Virus record (IMG/VR): IMGVR_UViG_3300005512_000242
Location: 1-28,664 of that record
Source: a virus
Lineage: Duplodnaviria; Caudoviricetes
Length of the DNA stretch: 28,664 nucleotides
Strand: one strand, 5' to 3'
Shown: in pieces, positions 6,814-15,549 of the stretch
Layout of the letters: every line of letters starts with the position of its first letter
How positions within the stretch are numbered: the stretch's first letter is position 1
Notes under the pieces: model-generated
Told to the model about the DNA's origin: nothing
The model's input: the letters and a program-made list of their open reading frames with translations, nothing else
Databases searched by the model: none
Made by a program: the position numbers and the translations under genes

Positions 6814-6968
6814 TTGTTAAAAAAGCACAACACTTATTATGCCTAGTGCATGAAATACAAATTCTAAAGGAACGACTACAGCCCCACGATACAGGACATA
6901 TCAGTACCGCTATTAGTGTATTGCAACATCGTGTCCGTGAACTTCAAAAGGAGATTGATAATGGCTAA
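6810..6968 (+). CDS. Small phage protein, 52 aa (not in ORF track)
   Basis: MIVKKAQHLLCLVHEIQILKERLQPHDTGHISTAISVLQHRVRELQKEIDNG*; AAGGAG RBS; ATGA coupling. Confidence 0.75.
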   Translation: MIVKKAQHLLCLVHEIQILKERLQPHDTGHISTAISVLQHRVRELQKEIDNG

Positions 6969-7164
6969 AGATAAAACACTATGTATAGAGCTAACACCAG
7001 TAGAAGCCAATGCTTTGATGGTGTTGCTAGATAATGAGATGTATACGTTATACCATTATGGTGGCGGTATTGATCTAGATAATTGGGAACAACTCGATTT
7101 GGAAGCCCATAAAATCTACGCATACTACAAGTATAAAAAATGGTACATGGAGAATTGTGAATGA
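6961..7164 (+). CDS. Hypothetical protein
   Basis: AAGGAG RBS before ATG at 6961. Confidence 0.7.
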   Translation: MAKDKTLCIELTPVEANALMVLLDNEMYTLYHYGGGIDLDNWEQLDLEAHKIYAYYKYKKWYMENCE

Positions 7165-7658
7165 ACAGATTTTTAATTGACCACCACCCGGTCGCAATTG
7201 CCAAGCAACTTTGCGATCAACACATAGTAAAGATGCCACTAGAAGAGGCGCAGATGCTTTGCACTGCCATCTGGCATCATGCACCTGACTACGCAGAAGC
7301 AAGGGGTTTGTATAAACCTGTGCATCAAAAGCACCCCTGCACTTTATGGGCTATGGAGTCACAAGCTAACTACCAGTTTGCTTTCAAACTTTACGATGCT
7401 ATGCTGCAGGAGTATACATATCGTTATGGTAAGAAGCATGGTGCAGGAAGACACTACCACGCACTAGAGTTTGGTGTATGTAAAATACCAGAAGGTTTCA
7501 TTACACCACACCCACAGTGTTTTAGCGGTCACGATGATCTGAAGACAGATGAGCGTTGGCCTATCATGGCATATCGTGCGTTCTATGTAGTAGACAAACT
7601 ACGATTTGCACGATACAACAGAGGGCGAGAGATGCCTTTTTGGATGAAAGGAGAATAG
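7161..7658 (+). CDS. denV: Pyrimidine-dimer DNA glycosylase / T4 endonuclease V-like
   Basis: MNxF...CDQHIVKMPLEEAQML, YKPVHxKHPCTxW, EYxYRYGKxH. Confidence 0.75.
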   Translation: MNRFLIDHHPVAIAKQLCDQHIVKMPLEEAQMLCTAIWHHAPDYAEARGLYKPVHQKHPCTLWAMESQANYQFAFKLYDAMLQEYTYRYGKKHGAGRHYHALEFGVCKIPEGFITPHPQCFSGHDDLKTDERWPIMAYRAFYVVDKLRFARYNRGREMPFWMKGE

Positions 7659-7660
7659 AT

Positions 7661-7942
7661 ATGAATGTACTTGAAGAAAAGTTTAATGAGTTTGATGCAA
7701 AGAATCCCCATGTGTGGGATTTGTTTGTTAAGTTTGCCGATGAAGCAAAGAACTCTGGTCGCAATGTGTATAGTGTAAATGCTATATTTGAAAGGATAAG
7801 GTGGCATACTGACATAGAGACAGTTAGTGATGTTCCTTTTAAGTTATCTAACAATCACAGAGCATACTATGCTCGTAAGTATATGAATAGTGACCCTTCT
7901 AGAAACAGGTTTTTTCGGACTAAACAAGTGAAAGGAGAATAG
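7661..7942 (+). CDS. Conserved hypothetical phage protein
   Basis: AAGGAG RBS; NPHVW...FERIRW...KLSNNHRAYYAR. Confidence 0.8.
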   Translation: MNVLEEKFNEFDAKNPHVWDLFVKFADEAKNSGRNVYSVNAIFERIRWHTDIETVSDVPFKLSNNHRAYYARKYMNSDPSRNRFFRTKQVKGE

Positions 7943-7944
7943 AC

Positions 7945-8187
7945 ATGACAAAAGAAAAAAGTGAATGGGAATTGCAGCGAGAGGCAGCAAATCAATGTTG
8001 GAAGTCAATGACACCACACCAGCAAAAAACTGTGCTTGAAATGCTAGAGGCTTGGCTTCCTATCCGTAGTAGCATAAGTGAGTTATGCTCTTTAGACTAC
8101 GATGACCTACGCACACTTGACGACAAGTGGCATTGCTTACGGCGTGCTATTGTTGGTGAAGATGTTGAACTTAAACACTGGCATTAG
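7945..8187 (+). CDS. Hypothetical protein, 80 aa
   Basis: AAGGAG RBS. Confidence 0.75.
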   Translation: MTKEKSEWELQREAANQCWKSMTPHQQKTVLEMLEAWLPIRSSISELCSLDYDDLRTLDDKWHCLRRAIVGEDVELKHWH

Positions 8188-8216
8188 TTGACTTTGCCAA
8201 CTTTTGCTGATACAAG
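8188..8216 (+). promoter_or_regulatory. Putative sigma70 promoter for the DUF932-integrase-replication operon
   Basis: TTGACT (8188-8193), 17 bp spacer, TGnTACAAG. Confidence 0.5.
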
Positions 8217-8253
8217 AGAATAACAGTTAACCCTTACAGAAAGGAGGCATATC

Positions 8254-9108
8254 ATGCCATTAGATTTTACAAACCAGACTATCTCACAAACCCCTGACCA
8301 TCTAGTGTTCGATGTGGAGTTTGAGCCAACCAAAGTTACTGACAAAAAGTACGTCATCAACGGCAACACTGGTGACTACATCGGTGTTGTAGGCTCTGGC
8401 TTCAACTGTGCAAACCATGATGAGTTCTTTCAAGGTGTGCAGCAGACGATGTTGGAAAACCTGACAGAACAAGAAACCAGAGGTGCTACAGTTCAATGGA
8501 AAGACGCACGTAACCACGCTTGGGCATTGATGGATGTAACACTTCCAAATGTCACCGAAACAATTACCACAGATAAGCATGAAACTACTGTGTCGCAACG
8601 CATCATCGCTTTGCATGGCATTGATGGCTCATGTTCCAACATGGTGTTCTTCGGTGCTATCGACTTTTTCTGCACAAACGGAATGATCCGTGGTGAGCAT
8701 GACAAGGTGCGGCGTAAGAACACATCCAACTTCAGCATGGGTAGGTTCATCACTGACCTGCACAGTTCCAAGCAAGACTTCTACCAGCAGTCAGCACGAC
8801 TTCAGGAATGGGCAACCCAGGACCTGACATTTGTAAATGTTAAAGACTTGCTGGACAAGATACTGAAGTCAGAGCGTAAGGCAGAGAAGATGTTTACCCT
8901 TTACAATCAAGAGGTTAGCGTCCGTGGTAGGAATGTGTTTGCACTCTACAGTGCCTTCACAAACTATGCCACTTATGCTGATGAGCGTAATGGTTTCAAT
9001 CTTCGTAACACTGGTCTTGATACACAGGCCACATCAATGTTCCAGCGTGAACATGAAGTGTCCAAGTGGATTGAGTCCAAGCCGTTCCAAGAATTGGTGG
9101 CAGCGTAA
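8254..9108 (+). CDS. DUF932-family protein
   Basis: IGVVG, HGIDGS, FCTNGM, ALYSAFTNYATY; AGGAGG RBS. Confidence 0.8.
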   Translation: MPLDFTNQTISQTPDHLVFDVEFEPTKVTDKKYVINGNTGDYIGVVGSGFNCANHDEFFQGVQQTMLENLTEQETRGATVQWKDARNHAWALMDVTLPNVTETITTDKHETTVSQRIIALHGIDGSCSNMVFFGAIDFFCTNGMIRGEHDKVRRKNTSNFSMGRFITDLHSSKQDFYQQSARLQEWATQDLTFVNVKDLLDKILKSERKAEKMFTLYNQEVSVRGRNVFALYSAFTNYATYADERNGFNLRNTGLDTQATSMFQREHEVSKWIESKPFQELVAA

Positions 9109-10025
9109 TGAAACTAGAAAAAGTAATCACCGATTACTATTCTTCGTATGACTATCGCAATCTGCGTGAAGAAACGAAGAAGCAGTATGAGTACTTTCTC
9201 AATGTCATGCTAAATACAAAGGTAGAAGATAAACTTCTTTGCCAGTATGACTGCGATAAACTCACTACTCGTGTAGCCAAGGTTGCATACAACGAATGGT
9301 GTGAGAAAGGTATCTCTATGGCTAATCATGTCATCTCTGCTACCCGCATTGCACTCAATCACGGTGTTCGCATGGAGCTATGCACATTAAACCCCTTCGC
9401 AAACGTCCGTAAACGCTCCACAGAGAGGCGTAAGACGGTCTGGCGTAGGGGTGATGTGGCAAAGCTGCTAGAGACAGCCTACGGCGATTTTAGCACCCGT
9501 AATATCGGTCTTATTGCACACATGGCATACGAGTGGTGTCAGCGTTTAGGTGACATGCGAATGCTCACTTGGGATGCCATCAATTTTGACACAAAAACTG
9601 TTCACATAGAGCAATCCAAGCGTAAAGCAGAGGTACATTTGCCCATCGAAGATGATTTGTTTGGTATGTTACAGCAGCAGGAGCAGGACTTTGGCTTTCA
9701 ACCTTACGTTGCCCCACGTCCTAATCCAATTGGTGGTGAATACAAACCGTACTCACTACAAAAGTTGCCGTTACATGCTCGCAAGTTAATGCAGCAAGCT
9801 GGTTTGCCAGATGAACTACGTCTATCTGACTTACGAAGAACTGGAACAACTGAAATGGTTGAGGCTGGTGTCGGTATTGGACAAATCATGTCGGTAACAG
9901 GACATGCTAATCCATCTTCAGTGAAACCTTACATGAAAAATACTCTCACAAGTGCAAATTATGCATTGACGGAGCGAAATAATCATGTTAAAAGCATTAC
10001 AAGTGCCGCAAAGGAGAGTGTATAA
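9108..10025 (+). CDS. int: Tyrosine recombinase / phage integrase
   Basis: Box I QRLGDM, QSKR, SDLRRT, TGH, catalytic Tyr in VKPY. Confidence 0.9.
   Translation: MKLEKVITDYYSSYDYRNLREETKKQYEYFLNVMLNTKVEDKLLCQYDCDKLTTRVAKVAYNEWCEKGISMANHVISATRIALNHGVRMELCTLNPFANVRKRSTERRKTVWRRGDVAKLLETAYGDFSTRNIGLIAHMAYEWCQRLGDMRMLTWDAINFDTKTVHIEQSKRKAEVHLPIEDDLFGMLQQQEQDFGFQPYVAPRPNPIGGEYKPYSLQKLPLHARKLMQQAGLPDELRLSDLRRTGTTEMVEAGVGIGQIMSVTGHANPSSVKPYMKNTLTSANYALTERNNHVKSITSAAKESV
9123..9137 (+). promoter_or_regulatory. Palindrome family A inside the integrase 5' end (GTAATCACCGATTAC)
   Basis: 14/15 match with left A-tract (GAAAAA) and TA on the right; encodes VITDY. Confidence 0.7.
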
Positions 10026-10026
10026 C

Positions 10027-10803
10027 ATGTATAATATATATAACACTATAAGTGAATTAGACATACCTAATGGAACTACAAAAAGGATGAACTGTCCTAA
10101 TTGTGGTGGCTATAAAACATTTACTGTGACCAATAACATGGGCAGTCTTGTGTGGAATTGTTACAAGGCTTCTTGTGCCGCTAAAGGTGGTGAGCGTGTA
10201 CGATTGTCTGTGGATGATATTCGTGCTGGTTTTACTGGTGCAGAAGAATACGCAGCAGGTACATTTGAAATGCCTAGTTATGTAGTGCCTCGTTCTGGTG
10301 GCTTGCACATGGATAGATGGTGCGACACGTGGGGGTTAGATGCCAATGTCCTTGGGTTACATTACGATGTAAAAGAATCTCGTGTTGTATTTCCTGTGGT
10401 TCACGATGGTGTTATTGTAGATGCTACAGGTCGTGCATTAGGAAAAAGATTACCTAAATGGAAAAGATATGGAAATAGTGGCTTGCCATACACACATGGT
10501 TATGGTAATGTCGCAGTTGTTGTTGAGGACTGTGTGAGTGCCGCCGTTGTTGGTTGCGGTTTCCTTGTCGGGGTTGCTGTGTTAGGAACGTCTCTCGCCG
10601 AAACACACAAAAGGTATCTCTCACAGTTCTCAACAGCAGTAATTGCACTAGACCCGGATGCACTTCCGAAGACACTGGAAATGGCAAAGGACTTGAGAGG
10701 CTATGTAAATAACGTGAAATTACTGCGACTAAAAGATGATTTGAAATATCGTAATGAGGAAGACTTAACCAACCTTGCCAACATTACTATGAAAGGAGAG
10801 TAA
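10027..10803 (+). CDS. DNA primase (Zn finger + TOPRIM)
   Basis: CPNC...CYKASC zinc ribbon; VVVED; ALDPDA; AAGGAG RBS before ATG at 10027. Confidence 0.9.
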   Translation: MYNIYNTISELDIPNGTTKRMNCPNCGGYKTFTVTNNMGSLVWNCYKASCAAKGGERVRLSVDDIRAGFTGAEEYAAGTFEMPSYVVPRSGGLHMDRWCDTWGLDANVLGLHYDVKESRVVFPVVHDGVIVDATGRALGKRLPKWKRYGNSGLPYTHGYGNVAVVVEDCVSAAVVGCGFLVGVAVLGTSLAETHKRYLSQFSTAVIALDPDALPKTLEMAKDLRGYVNNVKLLRLKDDLKYRNEEDLTNLANITMKGE

Positions 10804-10805
10804 CT

Positions 10806-12029
10806 ATGGAATTATCACTTATAAGAAGTTTAATGGACAAACCATTCTACGATGACCATCGTGGCGCAAGATGTCCTGATCGTCTGTTCAGCAAAGATGT
10901 GCGTAGAATTAAACAAGCCATCGACAGTGCTATGGACAAATATGAACGCACCGTATCACCAGATGAGATTGAGGCATTATTTATGTCCAACAATCCAACA
11001 CTGACTACGGCACAGAAGCAAGCCTTCAGCAGTCTGTTCAATCAAATTAAAAAAGAACAGCCAATGGGTGGTGATGTAGCACAAGAAGTGTTGTCTAAAC
11101 TGTTTCAACAAGTCGTTGGTGAGGATGTTGCTAACATCGGTTTTGATATGGTTACTGGTACATCCAGTAGCCTTGAGAAGCTACGCACATTACTTGAGCA
11201 GTATGGTGATGACTTCACACCCAATCTAAATGTGGAGTGGGATGACATTGACATAGACACACTACTATCACGTAATGACCTAGAAGCACGTTGGACATTC
11301 AACATTGCCAGCCTCACTCGCAAAGTCGAGGGTGTTAACGCAGGTCACTTGATTGAGATTGGTGCTAGACCAAACACAGGTAAGACATCTTTTCATGCCA
11401 GCTTGATTGCTAGTCCGGGTGGATTTGCACATCAGGGTGCTAACTGCATTATCCTCTGTAACGAGGAAGGTTATCACCGTGTTGGCGCACGATACCTGAC
11501 CGCTGCAACAGGCATGACAATGCGGCAGATTAAAGAAAATCCGGGTAAGGCACGAGACTTGTACGCACCTGTAAAGGAACGCATAAAGATTAAGGATGCC
11601 ACCTCTCGTGATATGAATTGGGTTGAATCAATCTGCAAAACTTACAAGCCAGACATTTTAGTGCTTGACATGGGTGATAAATTTGCTAGAACAGGGGGGT
11701 TCGCTCGACAAGATGAGGCACTGAAAGCTAACGCTGTTCATGCTCGTCAGATTGCCAAGCAACATGAGTGTGCTGTCTTCTACATGTCACAGTTAAGTGC
11801 AGATGCAGAGGGCAAGGTTCTACTGAACCAAAGCATGATGGAAGGCTCAAGAACTGGTAAGGCAGCAGAAGCAGATTTAATGGTTCTGATTGCAAAGAAT
11901 CCAGTGGTAGATGGACAGGAAGAAGAAGACACACAACGCCATCTCAATGTAGTCAAAAACAAATTGTCAGGTTGGCACGGCGTAGTGCATTGTGAACTTG
12001 ACTACAAGACAGCGAGGTATGAAGTATAA
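10806..12029 (+). CDS. DnaB/T7 gp4-like replicative helicase
   Basis: Walker A ARPNTGKT, NEE, LVLD, SQL, EAD, VKNK. Confidence 0.92.
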   Translation: MELSLIRSLMDKPFYDDHRGARCPDRLFSKDVRRIKQAIDSAMDKYERTVSPDEIEALFMSNNPTLTTAQKQAFSSLFNQIKKEQPMGGDVAQEVLSKLFQQVVGEDVANIGFDMVTGTSSSLEKLRTLLEQYGDDFTPNLNVEWDDIDIDTLLSRNDLEARWTFNIASLTRKVEGVNAGHLIEIGARPNTGKTSFHASLIASPGGFAHQGANCIILCNEEGYHRVGARYLTAATGMTMRQIKENPGKARDLYAPVKERIKIKDATSRDMNWVESICKTYKPDILVLDMGDKFARTGGFARQDEALKANAVHARQIAKQHECAVFYMSQLSADAEGKVLLNQSMMEGSRTGKAAEADLMVLIAKNPVVDGQEEEDTQRHLNVVKNKLSGWHGVVHCELDYKTARYEV

Positions 12030-12556
12030 TGCAATTAGATATGTTTGAAAAAGTTATGGATTCTGATATTGAGTATGTGGATTTGAAAGAAACACCAATT
12101 TACTTTGGTGACAAAGGGCGGCGTAGGCAGGACTTAACTGCTTCCTCTGCTTTCCTTGCTTCAATGCCAGAGGGTAAGTATCGTGTGTATCGCACAGGTG
12201 GCACACATCCACTTCCTATGTACGAAGGTCGCACAGATTTTCCATTCTTAATGAATACAAAAACTGGAAGAATAATCTCTCCTACTTTTAGCCGTGCCGT
12301 TTATCCAGCATATGGCCTAGACAATGGTAGATTTCGTAAAGCAATTTATTGCCACCGCATATTTGCTATGGCATTCGTAGGTAATGCAACACCAGTTGAC
12401 AGATACAATGTAGATCACATTAACGAAGATAAATTAGATTACTGTGTAGACAATCTGCGTTGGGTTTCTGTTTCAGAAAACTTGAGTAATGTACGTAACA
12501 GTGCAAGAGGCACAAACAAAAAGCACAAGTATTACACCAGCGAAAACTTTGTGTAG
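12029..12556 (+). CDS. Free-standing HNH endonuclease (homing-type)
   Basis: HRIFAMAF, VDHINEDKLDYCVDNLRWVSVSEN. Confidence 0.85.
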   Translation: MQLDMFEKVMDSDIEYVDLKETPIYFGDKGRRRQDLTASSAFLASMPEGKYRVYRTGGTHPLPMYEGRTDFPFLMNTKTGRIISPTFSRAVYPAYGLDNGRFRKAIYCHRIFAMAFVGNATPVDRYNVDHINEDKLDYCVDNLRWVSVSENLSNVRNSARGTNKKHKYYTSENFV

Positions 12557-12565
12557 GAGAGTTAA

Positions 12566-14608
12566 ATGAAACTAACACTTGATGTAGAGAATACGGTAAC
12601 ACACAGAGGTGGTAAGATGCATCTTGACCCCTTTGAGCCAGAGAATACATTGGTTATGGTGGGCTTACTCACTGACCAAGGGCAGGAAGAACTGATTACC
12701 TTTGATCACAGTGAGCGTCCAGCAATGGCTGGTGCTGACACCATACTGCAAGAGTATCTTGACCAAGCGACTGTGCTTATTATGCACAATGCTGCGCATG
12801 ACTTGTTGTGGCTTTGGGAATCCGGCTTTAAATATGACGGGCCTGTATTCGACACAATGCTGGCAGAGTATGTGCTACAGCGTGGACAGAAAGAACCACT
12901 GTCACTAGAAGCATGTGCTGAACGCTATGAGTTGGACACAAAGAAGCAAGACACATTGAAGGAATACTTCAAGAAGGGATACAGCACTCGTGATATACCA
13001 CATGCAGAATTGTCAGAGTATCTGTCTGCTGACTTACATGCTACGCAACAACTGTCTGACAGATTAATGTATCGCCTAAATACACCTGCAGATAGTGGTT
13101 TGATGGCAACAGTTGACCTGACTAATCAGGTAGCAGTATGTCTTGCTAGAATATATCAGAGAGGTTTTTCTGTAGACAAAAACAAACTTGAAGAGGTGAA
13201 GCACGAGTTTGAGCAAGAAAAAATTGAGTTACTAGATAGTTTACAGAAGCATGTTCGTAAACTCATGGGTGACACACCAATCAATCTGAATAGTCCAGAA
13301 CAATTATCTTGGGTTATTTATGGTCGTAGGGTTCTCGACAAAATATATTGGGCAACAGCAATTGATCCGTATATGAAAGATGCAGAGTTTCGTAGCCTTG
13401 TATCGGGTGGAACAGAAAGATTGAAGAAAACTAAAGCAGAACAATGTAGTGAATGCACAGGAACTGGATACATCCGTAAAATGAAAAAGGATGGAACACC
13501 GTATTCAAAGCCTAATAGGTGTCCTTCATGTGACACTAGCGGCTATAAGTTTGTAAGCACCAACGAAGCTGCTGGTATAGGCTTTAAACCACCATCAGCT
13601 AAATGGGCAAGTGCAGGTGGATTCACTACTAGTAAACAGAACCTAGAGATACTTGAAGGTGCTGCTAGGTCGAAAGGCATGGACGATGCTGTAGAGTTCT
13701 TGTCAAAGGTGCGCAGACTATCTGCCGTTGACACATACCTATCATCGTTTGTTGAAGGTATAAATCTACACACAAAATCTGATGGCAAGCTACATGTACG
13801 CTTGTTACAGCATCGCACAGCAACTGGTCGTTTTTCTGGGGCTGATCCTAACATGCAGAACATGCCACGTGGCGGCACGTTTCCTGTAAAGAAAGTATTT
13901 GTGTCACGATTTGAAGGTGGTAAGATACTTGAGGCTGATATGGCGCAGCTAGAGTTTCGTACTGCCGCATTTTTATCACAGGATGGAGTAGCAATTGAAG
14001 AAGTATCTACTGGATTTGATGTACACTCATACACCGCTGAAGTTATTAGTACCGCTGGTCAACCTACGGATAGGCAGACTGCGAAAGCGCATACATTCGC
14101 ACCGTTATACGGAGCAACAGGCTTTGGAAGAACACCAGCAGAAGCAAAGTACTACACCCACTTCAACGAGAAGTACACAGGCATCGCAGCTTGGCATTCC
14201 CGATTGGCTAAAGAGGCTATAGAAACACAGAAAATACGTACACCAAGTGGCCGGGAATTTGCCTTCCCAAATGTCTCAAGAAAAGCAAATGGTAGGATCA
14301 CAAACTTTACACAGATTAAGAACTATCCAGTGCAATCCTTTGCAACTGCAGACATAGTTCCATTAGCTTTATTACACATTGAAAAACTACTTGACGGTAT
14401 GCAATCTTGTGTGGTAAACAGTGTTCACGATAGCATTGTGATTGACGTTCATCCAAATGAAGAACAACAAGTTATCGCATTGATAAATAAGACTAATGAT
14501 GAATTACCAAACTTAATTACGTTACGATGGGGAATTGTATTTAATGTTCCATTACTACTTGAATCAAAAATAGGAGAAAACTGGCTTGACACGAAAGACG
14601 TATCCTGA
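12566..14608 (+). CDS. polA: Family A DNA polymerase with 3'-5' exonuclease and inserted DnaJ-like zinc finger
   Basis: LDVE, HNAAHD, FDTM exonuclease motifs; CSECTGTG...CPSCDTSG; TGRFS, DMAQLE, KAHTFAPLYG, VHDS. Confidence 0.95.
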   Translation: MKLTLDVENTVTHRGGKMHLDPFEPENTLVMVGLLTDQGQEELITFDHSERPAMAGADTILQEYLDQATVLIMHNAAHDLLWLWESGFKYDGPVFDTMLAEYVLQRGQKEPLSLEACAERYELDTKKQDTLKEYFKKGYSTRDIPHAELSEYLSADLHATQQLSDRLMYRLNTPADSGLMATVDLTNQVAVCLARIYQRGFSVDKNKLEEVKHEFEQEKIELLDSLQKHVRKLMGDTPINLNSPEQLSWVIYGRRVLDKIYWATAIDPYMKDAEFRSLVSGGTERLKKTKAEQCSECTGTGYIRKMKKDGTPYSKPNRCPSCDTSGYKFVSTNEAAGIGFKPPSAKWASAGGFTTSKQNLEILEGAARSKGMDDAVEFLSKVRRLSAVDTYLSSFVEGINLHTKSDGKLHVRLLQHRTATGRFSGADPNMQNMPRGGTFPVKKVFVSRFEGGKILEADMAQLEFRTAAFLSQDGVAIEEVSTGFDVHSYTAEVISTAGQPTDRQTAKAHTFAPLYGATGFGRTPAEAKYYTHFNEKYTGIAAWHSRLAKEAIETQKIRTPSGREFAFPNVSRKANGRITNFTQIKNYPVQSFATADIVPLALLHIEKLLDGMQSCVVNSVHDSIVIDVHPNEEQQVIALINKTNDELPNLITLRWGIVFNVPLLLESKIGENWLDTKDVS

Positions 14609-14614
14609 TATAAC
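14586..14614 (+). promoter_or_regulatory. Sigma70-type promoter overlapping the polA 3' end
   Basis: TTGACA (14586-14591), 17 bp spacer, TGnTATAAC. Confidence 0.7.
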
Positions 14615-14652
14615 TATGAAACTTTTTGCAGAAAAGAAAGGAGAATTTAAAC

Positions 14653-15549
14653 ATGACACAACTTACAACAATTGATACTAATAACTTTGCTATGATGGCA
14701 AAGGCTATGGGTATTGCAGGCGAGGCAGAGACAGGATCAAAGTCTAGTTCACTGGCAAGGCTGCGCATTAACCACACACCTATTATGGGTACTACTGAAT
14801 TGAATGGCAAATCAGTCAACATGGAAGTAGTAAACGGTGGTACATATCGTTTGGACATTCCTGATGGACCAAACTATTATGCTAACTCAATTATCATTCG
14901 TCCATATATGCAACGCTTTATGTACAAGCGTTTTGTAAAAGGCAATGACAAATCGCCTAACAAATTTATTAAGACGATTATGGCTGATAACCTTAACATC
15001 GACTTAAAAGATAATGAGGGTGGTTTTAATTGTGGTAAACCTGCGGGTTACATCAAAGACTTCAAAGCACTTCCAGAAAAAATGCAGGAGCTTCTAAAAC
15101 AAATTAAGCGTGTGCGTGTTGTTTTTGGAACAGTCGAGATGAAAGACCCAATGGATGATTCTGGTAATCCAGTCACTATTGAAGAAGTACCATTCATCTG
15201 GGAAATCGACAATCGTGATGCTTTTAAGTTGGTAGGTGAAAGTTTTACAAAACTTGCCAAGTTAAAACGCTTACCTGTTCAGCATCTAATCACTGCTAAT
15301 ACGCAGGAACGTAAGCTGCCAAACGGTAGTAGTTTTTATCTTCCTGTTGTATCTCTTGATGTTACAAACACACTGTCTCTTACAGATACAGAGCAAAACA
15401 TGTTTGCAGATTTTATGGGTTGGGTAGATAATTACAACACATACATCATTAACACATGGGCAGAGAAAGCAAAGGATGAAATGAGTGATGATGATATTGA
15501 TGTCGTTGATGGTATGGTAGACATTGATATTGATGAAGAGGTAGCATAA
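14653..15549 (+). CDS. Putative single-stranded DNA-binding protein
   Basis: Position after polA; acidic C-terminal tail; AAGGAG RBS before ATG at 14653. Confidence 0.6.
   Translation: MTQLTTIDTNNFAMMAKAMGIAGEAETGSKSSSLARLRINHTPIMGTTELNGKSVNMEVVNGGTYRLDIPDGPNYYANSIIIRPYMQRFMYKRFVKGNDKSPNKFIKTIMADNLNIDLKDNEGGFNCGKPAGYIKDFKALPEKMQELLKQIKRVRVVFGTVEMKDPMDDSGNPVTIEEVPFIWEIDNRDAFKLVGESFTKLAKLKRLPVQHLITANTQERKLPNGSSFYLPVVSLDVTNTLSLTDTEQNMFADFMGWVDNYNTYIINTWAEKAKDEMSDDDIDVVDGMVDIDIDEEVA

Noticed and set aside
12691-12702. Half-site ACTGATTACC in polA (similar half-sites near 20141 and 23144)
   Set aside because: Only one arm matches; expected by chance
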